A stretch of 64,000 bases of DNA. It comes from a virus. The stretch is taken from positions 3,598-67,597 of IMG/VR virus record IMGVR_UViG_3300012199_000001. One strand, given 5' to 3'. The position numbers were made by a program, and so were the translations under genes. Positions within the stretch are counted from its first letter, which is position 1; the number at the start of each line of letters is the position of its first letter. This document shows, in pieces, positions 56,455 to 64,000 of the stretch. The notes under the pieces were generated by a model. That model worked only from the letters and a program-made list of their open reading frames with translations, did no database searches and was not told the origin of the DNA.

Positions 56455-56690
56455 GCCGTCACCTCCTCGCTCATCCAGGTAATCTCACACTTGCCCCACT
56501 TCGACAGCTCCTCGGTCATCTCCTCGATGTTGCGGAAGCTTGAGCGTGGCGCATAGTAGGTGTCGATGACGACGTGACCAGTACGCGCGAACTGGACACC
56601 AACGGCGTCGTAGCGCTGGTAAGGTGTTGCGGGTCTGCGGCGCTTTGCGTTATCGAATATGACGATGAATACACGCACGTCAAAGCTCAT
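56451..56690 (-). CDS. Hypothetical protein
   Basis: GGAGGT SD. Confidence 0.65.
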   Translation of the reverse strand: MSFDVRVFIVIFDNAKRRRPATPYQRYDAVGVQFARTGHVVIDTYYAPRSSFRNIEEMTEELSKWGKCEITWMSEEVTA

Positions 56691-56904
56691 CAGGCACCTC
56701 CTTCCTGCGTTCCCACGTGTCTATATCCTTTTGCACTTCTTTTGCAATAGCACGCATCGTATAAATATGTTCATCTATCAACGACTGTTTATCTTCTGCC
56801 TGATACCATGCACGATTCACCATCTCGCGCAAACTTCTCAAAGCATCAAAGACCTTACCTCTTCCTCGTCGTGTTTCTGTGAGCGTATACTCGGCATCGA
56901 TCAT
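56680..56904 (-). CDS. Hypothetical protein
   Basis: AGGTGA SD. Confidence 0.65.
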   Translation of the reverse strand: MIDAEYTLTETRRGRGKVFDALRSLREMVNRAWYQAEDKQSLIDEHIYTMRAIAKEVQKDIDTWERRKEVPDEL

Positions 56905-56910
56905 GTGAGT

Positions 56911-57924
56911 TCACCTGCCTTCCCACAATTGCGCAATACCAGCATCTACCACAGATGCATATGTACCATTGGAAACATATTGTTTCAGCTTTTGCAGTTC
57001 CCGCATCATATGGGTGGTCTTTTCTATGGCTTCATCCAAACGCTGCCAGGAGTCGGCATCGAAGGATTGTGTATCGACTAATGAGGGCAAGTGATTGAGA
57101 GCCACGCGAATATTATTCGTATAATCACGCATCGCATCAGCAAACTTCACATTAATGCGATCAGCGTTCTCACCCTCCAGATTTTCAAGCATACGGGCCT
57201 GCGCTACTGCTCGCTCGTCGTGAAGTTGTTGCCGATAGCTGTCACGTTCACGCTGAAGTTGCCGATGCTTTTCTTCCAACTTGCGGATATGCTCTTGAAG
57301 ATTCGGAGGAACAACTTGCTTTTCAACAACCTTCTCAACAATTTGAGGCTCCTGCTCAGCAAGTTGTTTGACTTTCTGTTCTGCCGCTAGCCGCGCTTTT
57401 TGCGCTTCTACTAATTGCTGTTTCACATAAGCCACCTGGCGATCAATGGCAGCAGTTCTTTCCAGTGCAGAACGCATCTCATCGCGTGCAATCTTCTCTG
57501 CTCTCTGGTACTCCGCAATCTCTTTAGCCTTCTTTGCGGTAATCTCACCTTCGATCTGTTTGCGCAGCAGTGCTTCATCAACAGCATTCTGAGGATTAGG
57601 AGCATTAGCAAGTTCGTACTGAGCACTTATAGCAAAATCTAGATGCAAACAATTGTTTGCATCTAGATTTTCATAAATCTTAATAAGCCGCTCCGCATAA
57701 ACACGACTATAGCCAAAGCACGCTTGTACCCAATTTTCAAAACCCCGCTTATGACTATCTGCAAACCATTGGCGAACTTCCTTCAGTTCGCGTCCAGTTT
57801 CGAGGGCCGATTGCATAAGAACCCTTTTAATGCATAACTCTTTCTGATCGAGATATGCCCGATCATCAGGTGTCCATGCAGTATCATCAAAAAGTACTGG
57901 AGAGTTAGACATCACCATGCTCAC
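56911..57924 (-). CDS. DUF3102-like protein with coiled coil
   Basis: LETGRELKEVR..GFENWV..GYSRVYAERLIKIYE..SAQYELA. Confidence 0.75.
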   Translation of the reverse strand: MSMVMSNSPVLFDDTAWTPDDRAYLDQKELCIKRVLMQSALETGRELKEVRQWFADSHKRGFENWVQACFGYSRVYAERLIKIYENLDANNCLHLDFAISAQYELANAPNPQNAVDEALLRKQIEGEITAKKAKEIAEYQRAEKIARDEMRSALERTAAIDRQVAYVKQQLVEAQKARLAAEQKVKQLAEQEPQIVEKVVEKQVVPPNLQEHIRKLEEKHRQLQRERDSYRQQLHDERAVAQARMLENLEGENADRINVKFADAMRDYTNNIRVALNHLPSLVDTQSFDADSWQRLDEAIEKTTHMMRELQKLKQYVSNGTYASVVDAGIAQLWEGR

Positions 57925-58690
57925 GTCCTTGTTGTAAGAGCACTATTTTCGGAGTACCAGACGGTAATGGTTCCAAAATCCCGCTCGGACGCTCTTGCCA
58001 AAGTCTGTTTGCTTGCATATGATATTTGGCATCCAACGCTATACGTCTTGTCTTTGCCTCGTATTCACTGATGCCTCTCAATCCACCTGTAATACGATGT
58101 GCCTTTGCCCGCTTATTAATTTCGATGATCTCAGCAACATACATCTCACGCAAATCGAGGCATCTACTCATCTGTTCAAAGACCCAAGGGCAGGCAAACG
58201 CCTTCTGTCCTTCACGCTGTGCTTTGACCTTCTCTTCTAATATCTTGAGCGTCGTCATTAATTGCGCGAGTGAAAGTATCTGATCCAGAACTTTTTTAGG
58301 AAGATTCTTGTAGCGCGGGGTAAAATCCTTCACCAGCCACGTAAGATAATTTGTTGGCAGTCGCGTGAATGCGCGACTCAAAAAACTGCGATCTGTTGGA
58401 GGAAAAAATTCAGCCTTGAAGCGCTTCCAGGGATAGTCGTTACAAATCTTATCCACGCGTAAGGTGATCTCATGTCCCTGATTATCAAAGTTGCCAGTTG
58501 AAAGGACAGCGGGAATACCAGCCGACTTCTCAGCCATAGCAGTATTCGACTCACTAATAACAAGAAGTACACCATCGAATTCCGCATGCTGCTCTAGCAT
58601 CCCCATCAAGCGATGTTGTTCAAAGGTGATGCCATCAGGAATACGCATTATATCGCTACCTGAAGGATATTCTTCAATCACGCTTCCCAC
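57905..58690 (-). CDS. Hypothetical protein
   Basis: 261-aa ORF, GAGGAG SD. Confidence 0.7.
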   Translation of the reverse strand: MGSVIEEYPSGSDIMRIPDGITFEQHRLMGMLEQHAEFDGVLLVISESNTAMAEKSAGIPAVLSTGNFDNQGHEITLRVDKICNDYPWKRFKAEFFPPTDRSFLSRAFTRLPTNYLTWLVKDFTPRYKNLPKKVLDQILSLAQLMTTLKILEEKVKAQREGQKAFACPWVFEQMSRCLDLREMYVAEIIEINKRAKAHRITGGLRGISEYEAKTRRIALDAKYHMQANRLWQERPSGILEPLPSGTPKIVLLQQGREHGDV

Positions 58691-59040
58691 TCCTCTTGTT
58701 CAAGTTGTTGTCTCCACTTCCGCGTACACAACCTCATACCCCTATCGCTCTGCCCACGTCGCCAACGTGCCATGCGCGCACCCGTAATCCTGATCGTCCT
58801 CGCGATATCGGAGAGCACACTGTACCCGGCTGGTGGACGTGATGCCGGTCCACGCTCCACCAACCTGTACAGTGGCCGTCCAGGCAGAAGCAAAGGAGAC
58901 CCAAGAAGAGAAACAGCATCATTCCTTGTAGTATCTTGTAGCTTTTCGGACATCTCAGGCGAGATCGCACGCAGGGCATGTTGAGTTGCATCGTCGAGGC
59001 CGATATCTTCGTCGTCATTGTTGTCGTATTCGTCGTACAT
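58678..59040 (-). CDS. Hypothetical protein
   Basis: GAGG SD; acidic N-terminus, basic C-terminus. Confidence 0.6.
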   Translation of the reverse strand: MYDEYDNNDDEDIGLDDATQHALRAISPEMSEKLQDTTRNDAVSLLGSPLLLPGRPLYRLVERGPASRPPAGYSVLSDIARTIRITGARMARWRRGQSDRGMRLCTRKWRQQLEQEEWEA

Positions 59041-59056
59041 AGAGCCTCACCGAACA

Positions 59057-59102
59057 AACAAAAACGGCGTCAGAACTCTCAACTTCGAGAGTTCTGACGC
59101 CG
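59057..59102 (-). terminator. Strong hairpin/terminator upstream of the long leftward operon
   Basis: CGGCGTCAGAACTCTC 16-bp perfect stem followed by TTTTTGTTTG on the minus strand. Confidence 0.7.
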
Positions 59103-59134
59103 GGACTTTTATGTAGTACTGTCGCGTCAATACA

Positions 59135-59371
59135 CTATTTCTTGTTGTTGCGTTGCTGCCGCTTGCCTCTACCGCGAATGACTTTGAGAATGGCCTCAAA
59201 GGACTTCACGATCAGATTGCCTTGAACGTCGATCCCCTGGACATCGAAACTAATGCGTGCGTGTCCAGAGTTTTGCGTCTTGACGACACCGAGTACCGCG
59301 TCAAGGTCTCTGGCAATGGGAGCAAGGTGAGGAAACTTGAGTGCTAACATTTCGTCAGTGTCTTGACTCAT
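59135..59371 (-). CDS. Hypothetical protein
   Basis: ORF with AGGGA SD. Confidence 0.6.
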   Translation of the reverse strand: MSQDTDEMLALKFPHLAPIARDLDAVLGVVKTQNSGHARISFDVQGIDVQGNLIVKSFEAILKVIRGRGKRQQRNNKK

Positions 59372-59709
59372 GTGTGTTCCCTGCAATCGTTGCTACTTCC
59401 AAGTATAGCGCCAAACGAGCAGGCGCGTCAATGTGCAGGGAAAAGTGGCGCGAGAGAAGGGGGAGGGATGGGACAACCCGCGTACCATCCCTCAAAATGG
59501 ATTTCGTATGACGACTCAGCGCCAGTATAGCGTATGCGCACACATCACACAATGCAGCCAACCATTCCTCCTACTCGGTGGTAGAGACGGACCATACCGC
59601 TTGTGTAACTTGTCCGTACGACAATGCATAAAAGAGATCAAGTACTCGTTATTGCAGTCCTCGATCCGTTCCGTTACAATGCTGCTAACACTTGCGCAAA
59701 GGGGAAAGC

Positions 59710-59949
59710 ATGGCAATTGTAGAGGCAAGAATGCCCGATGGTCGATTGATTGAGCTGACAGAGGTAAACCTGACCAGGAGCGGGATGTTCATTATCATCA
59801 CAGATTCTAGTGGTGATCAAGCATGGATACATCGCGATGCGTGGAGTGGCGTGATTGAGGCCGTGCAGAAGCTTTTCGAGGAAGAGGAGCAATCCGCAAA
59901 AGAAGCGCTGGCACAACTGCTGGAAAGGGAGCGGGTAGAGGGAGATTAG
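59710..59949 (+). CDS. Hypothetical protein
   Basis: AAGGGG SD. Confidence 0.65.
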   Translation: MAIVEARMPDGRLIELTEVNLTRSGMFIIITDSSGDQAWIHRDAWSGVIEAVQKLFEEEEQSAKEALAQLLERERVEGD

Positions 59950-60149
59950 CGGCAACAAAAAACGCCGCCGGTTCTCCCGGTCGGCGCTCGCGGCGCATTG
60001 AGCGCATCCTGCATCATCTGTACCGATGGATCAATCCCTAGCTCACTGAATTTATCCAGCAATTCATTCATCGGGTAGAATATTCCCATCGCTTCATTGC
60101 GTGACTCTTCATCATCTTCGTCAAATGCGACTCTCCAAAATGGTGCCAT
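59946..60149 (-). CDS. Hypothetical protein
   Basis: ORF with purine-rich leader. Confidence 0.5.
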   Translation of the reverse strand: MAPFWRVAFDEDDEESRNEAMGIFYPMNELLDKFSELGIDPSVQMMQDALNAPRAPTGRTGGVFCCR

Positions 60150-60173
60150 CGTCTTCTCTCTCTCTCTTTCTGA

Positions 60174-60404
60174 CTATAATCCCATCCCATTCTTGAGGCC
60201 GATCAGGTACGCCATTTGCTCTTGTGGATCATCTGACCAGAACTCGGCCTCCTCTAGCCATGCAGCCAGCAAATCGGCTTCAGACATGCCAGCCGTGTTG
60301 ACAGTTGCCGCAAAATTGGAGGCTATCTCTGTTGGAGTATTTCCCGCAACAGGGGTCCAATCCTTGCTATCCTTGTGTGATGAACGGCTCCACAGTGTGG
60401 TCAT
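60174..60404 (-). CDS. Hypothetical protein
   Basis: ORF with purine-rich leader. Confidence 0.6.
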   Translation of the reverse strand: MTTLWSRSSHKDSKDWTPVAGNTPTEIASNFAATVNTAGMSEADLLAAWLEEAEFWSDDPQEQMAYLIGLKNGMGL

Positions 60405-60502
60405 TGCGCTCTCTCTCTTTCTCTGTGAACTTTTCGACTCTCACGACGCGCTACGCTGCCACATTACGCTGAAACTTTTGTCTGATTTTTTCGCGCTACG
60501 AG

Positions 60503-60961
60503 TTACTGGGTGTCTTTTGTTTCTTCTTCAGATGACTTCGTCCACGTGCCTCTCGTTATGAAGGCAATGTCTGCAATAAGCATGATCAAGAATACAGTAA
60601 GATTGACGCATGAAAAAGCAAAAGCACCTCCTGTCGAGGTGGTCACAACACCGATAAGATAAACGAAACCAACGATAACCATGACGGCCCACCAGCCTTC
60701 CTCACCCTTTGTCCTGATTGAATGAAAGATGTATGGAAGTGAGAGCAGTATCGCCGCTAAAAAGATGACGACATTCAAGAATATCCAGATGATCATAACC
60801 CAAGCATCATACCCCTTAAACCCCATGACAGTTTGAGCAATTCCGAGGCCAACAAAAATGAGCGAAACCAGAAACGCCACGATCACACAAATGAGATGCC
60901 AGTGCTGACGTAAGAAACTGGCCCGTTCTTGATCCACAAGTTGTTGCATGGTTCCCTCCAT
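60503..60961 (-). CDS. Four-TM membrane protein
   Basis: Four hydrophobic helices; TAATG overlap with upstream gene. Confidence 0.8.
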   Translation of the reverse strand: MEGTMQQLVDQERASFLRQHWHLICVIVAFLVSLIFVGLGIAQTVMGFKGYDAWVMIIWIFLNVVIFLAAILLSLPYIFHSIRTKGEEGWWAVMVIVGFVYLIGVVTTSTGGAFAFSCVNLTVFLIMLIADIAFITRGTWTKSSEEETKDTQ

Positions 60962-62016
60962 TAAGATGCTGTGTTGCCCTGAAATTCAGCGATTAATTTA
61001 CTTGCATACTGCCGTGTAATCCCGGCCTTCTTTGCCAGTTCCGCAGGTGTCAACTGGGGTTGCTTTTTGAGGATGCGTGAAGCCTTCTGCCGAGCCTCTC
61101 CACGCCCATTGTTTGTTGACACATTCGTTGACGAGTTTCGCGCAACTGAGGAGCATCCTTTTGTTGACGCCACGTTGACAATTGGGATCTCGTCCGTGTC
61201 AACTGAAACCCCCTCCTCAGTTTCACTTTTGTTTCCATTTCTGTAATCTACAATGGAAACTATCGAGGCATCCTGGTTGTCAACTTCGTTGCTCTCTTCG
61301 TTTCCAGTATTGTCATCTTCAGTTTCGTTGCTCTTGACAACAGGTTCACTTTTTGCCACCGTGAGAGTTGCTATCTGTGTTTCCAGATCGATCAATTTCT
61401 CGCGCAGCGTATCACTGATTCTCTGTTCTATCGTCTCTGTCATCTTCTCAACATCGATGGTTGGCACTAGAGCAGGGTCAGGGATTGCTGGTTGAGGCTG
61501 TGGGACACTTTGCTCTAAGGCATGTACTGCGTGTCCGTACTGGACGGCAAGAATGCAGCGTATCACTGAGAGTGTAATCTCGACGAGCATCCAGAAACCA
61601 TTAATCCAGACCAATACGCCTTTGTCGAATGGGATCGTACTAACTGCGTGCTCTAGAGAGACGGTAACGAGACCAGCAATCATAATACCAATGAGCCAGC
61701 GAGATAGCTTTTCGCCTACAATGGCCCCCTGCACATTGTCCTGTGCTCGCGCTGTCTTTGCGATTTGCGCCAGGCCCAACCCGCCCATGTCCAGGGCAAA
61801 ACTGAGAGTGATGAATATTGCAAGGTTGAGCCAGGCCGGGAGCGTGACACCTGGGTACAACTCCGCTGACATATAGAGCGTGCAAATAATCAGCGTTATT
61901 CGCGCGATCTTCCCCCCAAACGTGAGCAGCCACTTGGTACTCACTGACACCCAGGTCGATTCGACAAACCACGTTTGTCTCCAGAAACGTTGCTGTCCTT
62001 GCTGTATTGCTGCCAT
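60961..62016 (-). CDS. Four-TM, coiled-coil and C-terminal HTH protein (Spd-like architecture)
   Basis: Four TMs, acidic linker, LTPAELAKKAGITRQYASKL HTH. Confidence 0.75.
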   Translation of the reverse strand: MAAIQQGQQRFWRQTWFVESTWVSVSTKWLLTFGGKIARITLIICTLYMSAELYPGVTLPAWLNLAIFITLSFALDMGGLGLAQIAKTARAQDNVQGAIVGEKLSRWLIGIMIAGLVTVSLEHAVSTIPFDKGVLVWINGFWMLVEITLSVIRCILAVQYGHAVHALEQSVPQPQPAIPDPALVPTIDVEKMTETIEQRISDTLREKLIDLETQIATLTVAKSEPVVKSNETEDDNTGNEESNEVDNQDASIVSIVDYRNGNKSETEEGVSVDTDEIPIVNVASTKGCSSVARNSSTNVSTNNGRGEARQKASRILKKQPQLTPAELAKKAGITRQYASKLIAEFQGNTAS

Positions 62017-62041
62017 TCTACGAGTTCTCCTCTATTTTTCG

Positions 62042-62135
62042 CTTCGATGGACGGATGGACGACTTGAAACCCCGTGTTGCGCGGCCATTTTTGCCCATCC
62101 GGTCCATCTGACTATCCGTCCGTCCGTCCATCGGA
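62042..62135. repeat. GATGGAC/GGAC repeat cluster at the 3' end of the FtsK-like gene (clt-like)
   Basis: GATGGACGGATGGACG on +; GATGGACGGACGGACGGA and GATGGACCGGATGG on -. Confidence 0.65.
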
Positions 62136-63530
62136 CCCACTCACGCCCATCAGCGTCATGAGCTTGCCAGCCTGATTTTCAGCGATGTCCAACGCCTTCG
62201 CCAACTTCGCACGGCTGGCAAATCCACCATTCCAGAGTGTGACGGCCATCTTCAGGTCAATGTCCTCTGCCTTGCGCCTCACATCTCGCTTGGTCACTTC
62301 TGGCAACGGCTCCGTCTCTCTCGCATCACCGTTGTCTAAAAGACCTGTATCAGTATCGATAGCAGGATCATCATCTTGCTGTTGTGGCTGGCTACGCGGC
62401 TGGTAGGTGGAAGGACCGAGCATGCTATAGAGCGCCGGGTTATCCATCCAGGGTGTGTGTGCAAGAGTGGCGTCTTTGACCACAGCACAGCGCACCATCA
62501 CCGAACCTTTGCCGAGTGTTGCCTCAATCGGTTGTGGGACCACCTTATCAAGCAACGCCTTCGCTGTTGCAGGATCGCCACCAACATACAGGCATGTCTT
62601 ATAACTATCGCGTATGCCGCCACCAGTCTGCGCAGCAACGGTCTTCACCTGGAAGTCTTGCGAGGCCACACACAAGGTAATCTTGTACTTGCCGCCTTCT
62701 CGCAGCAGCTTCGCCACATACGGCTGCACTCCAGGACACTCGGCAACAATCGCCGGGTATTCATCAATCACCAGGACCGTCTGTTTCCCTACTGGCCTGC
62801 TCTGTTCGCGCAACTGCTTACGGTGATCAAGCAGCGTCGTTGCTGCATAGCGCAAAATCTGCTCTATTCTCTCGTAGGACTTGCATTCCAGCGGGTCAAA
62901 GCGCAGATAGGGAGTGTAAGGCGTCCAGTCCTCCCCCGTCTCAATATCATAGGGGGTATAGTGGGGATCAAGCAGGATACAGCAGCATCCGATAGCACAA
63001 AATTGAGCCAGCAATTGCCGAATGATCGACGTTTTCCCCTCCCTGGTGGAACCGGCCAGCGCGATATGCACCAATTGATCCACCGAGACGAATACATTGT
63101 TGCCATCCTCTAACCGCGCAAGAAAGATTTTCTCGGAGGATGGACGCCAACCGCTCGCTAACAGTTCAGAAAAGAGAAACTGTCCATTCCCCAAAAATGG
63201 CGCATCAAAATCATCATCAAAGTCTGGCTCAACATCTGGTGGCATCTCGGATCGGTCCCATCCCTCTTCGCGCATATCCTTGGGAGTGAAGGCGCGATAC
63301 CAGAAACCTTTCTTACCACTCGTCTGCTGCCGCGAAGGGCGAGGGAAGGCAATTGCCTTCCCTCGCCGACGCTCGTACTCATCAACGACGAGCCATGTGA
63401 TCCCGGCACCGCCCAATGCAACAACGCCGCCAACAAAACCACCATGAAACGCTGCCGCTAGACCTTCCCAAATTGGCACGGATGCACCTGCGAGAAGCAG
63501 TTTATCGGTTCTTGTTGTTTCTTCTGACAT
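62112..63530 (-). CDS. FtsK/HerA-superfamily membrane ATPase (TraB-like DNA translocase)
   Basis: N-terminal TMs; Walker A GSTREGKT; LLDPH; Walker B VLVIDE; REGGKY..ASQ; C-terminal HTH SRAKLAKALDIAENQAGKLM. Confidence 0.85.
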   Translation of the reverse strand: MSEETTRTDKLLLAGASVPIWEGLAAAFHGGFVGGVVALGGAGITWLVVDEYERRRGKAIAFPRPSRQQTSGKKGFWYRAFTPKDMREEGWDRSEMPPDVEPDFDDDFDAPFLGNGQFLFSELLASGWRPSSEKIFLARLEDGNNVFVSVDQLVHIALAGSTREGKTSIIRQLLAQFCAIGCCCILLDPHYTPYDIETGEDWTPYTPYLRFDPLECKSYERIEQILRYAATTLLDHRKQLREQSRPVGKQTVLVIDEYPAIVAECPGVQPYVAKLLREGGKYKITLCVASQDFQVKTVAAQTGGGIRDSYKTCLYVGGDPATAKALLDKVVPQPIEATLGKGSVMVRCAVVKDATLAHTPWMDNPALYSMLGPSTYQPRSQPQQQDDDPAIDTDTGLLDNGDARETEPLPEVTKRDVRRKAEDIDLKMAVTLWNGGFASRAKLAKALDIAENQAGKLMTLMGVSGSDGRTDG

Positions 63531-63548
63531 GGCTTTATCCCTCGTGCG

Positions 63549-64000
63549 CTAGTACTGCTCACATCCATATTCGATCAATCCAATGCCGAGCGGCAAGCCA
63601 CACGTCACGATCAATCCGATAGCCAACGCCACTAAGAAGCGGATCAGATCATTGGTGCCAGGGCTACTACTGAAATCTGCCCAACTGTTGAGGACAACGA
63701 GAATAATCGCTGCGCCAACGAAGATCTGGGCAAGCAGACGATTGATCGAACCAATTTTGATAAAGGCCGCGACCAGTGCCAAACCGACGATAAGTGTGCA
63801 GGCTTCCACGATCCATCCGTACATCCACGCCGTTTGCAGTTGGGCAGGTGCTTGACCAGTAATCAGCAAGTAGGGCTGCGCGAAGACGTTCCAGGCCACA
63901 GCCTTGACCACCTGGTTCGCTCCCATTGCTAGGTATTCACTGGTCTGGATTTGTACGATGGTTGCACACAACCATAAGAGCAGGACCAGCCCGCCGAGGA
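63549..64000 (-). CDS. Multi-TM membrane protein (5' end truncated by window)
   Basis: Four hydrophobic segments upstream of the ATPase. Confidence 0.75.
   Translation of the reverse strand, partial: LGGLVLLLWLCATIVQIQTSEYLAMGANQVVKAVAWNVFAQPYLLITGQAPAQLQTAWMYGWIVEACTLIVGLALVAAFIKIGSINRLLAQIFVGAAIILVVLNSWADFSSSPGTNDLIRFLVALAIGLIVTCGLPLGIGLIEYGCEQY

Larger units (their letters stand above)
1..64000. mobile_element. Tailed phage/prophage genome segment (siphovirus-like), ends not visible
   Basis: Complete ordered virion module (TerS, TerL, portal, protease, MCP, adaptor, tail tube, chaperone, tape measure, tail tip, lysis) plus dense small early ORFs; no housekeeping genes. Confidence 0.95.

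Noticed and set aside
1-64000. CRISPR array, integrase/att site, rRNA, stop-codon reassignment
   Set aside because: No repeat-spacer array, recombinase motifs or rRNA seen; genes are intact under the standard bacterial code

Overview
The whole window reads as one tailed (siphovirus-type, HK97-fold) phage or prophage segment. Protein style suggests a Ktedonobacteria/Chloroflexota host (inference, not verified). 1-14.1 kb holds early and accessory genes: HTH regulators, a divergent promoter pair sharing an operator, a SWIM protein, a Rad52/Sak-like annealase, a PAPS-reductase-like enzyme, endonuclease VII and a HAD phosphatase. 14.2-59 kb on the minus strand is the late region: ParB-methyltransferase, TerS/TerL, portal, protease, capsid, head-tail and tail genes, a -1 frameshifted chaperone, tape measure, tail tip, lysis cassette and a papain-like peptidase. 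60-64 kb is a membrane protein/FtsK-TraB-like ATPase module. No integrase or replisome is visible. Four highlights follow. (1) Two ORF-less group I introns in tandem, separated by a 17-nt micro-exon, restore the C-terminus of a virion gene, and that gene is flanked on both sides by free-standing HNH genes and lies near two atypical tRNA-Ser genes. (2) The tail-tip hub protein appears split into two genes about 8.5 kb apart. (3) A Streptomyces-like TraB/clt/Spd-type DNA-spreading module sits inside a phage. (4) A conserved late-gene leader motif co-occurs with a Mu Com-like zinc finger. All assignments come from reading the sequence; no database searches were run.
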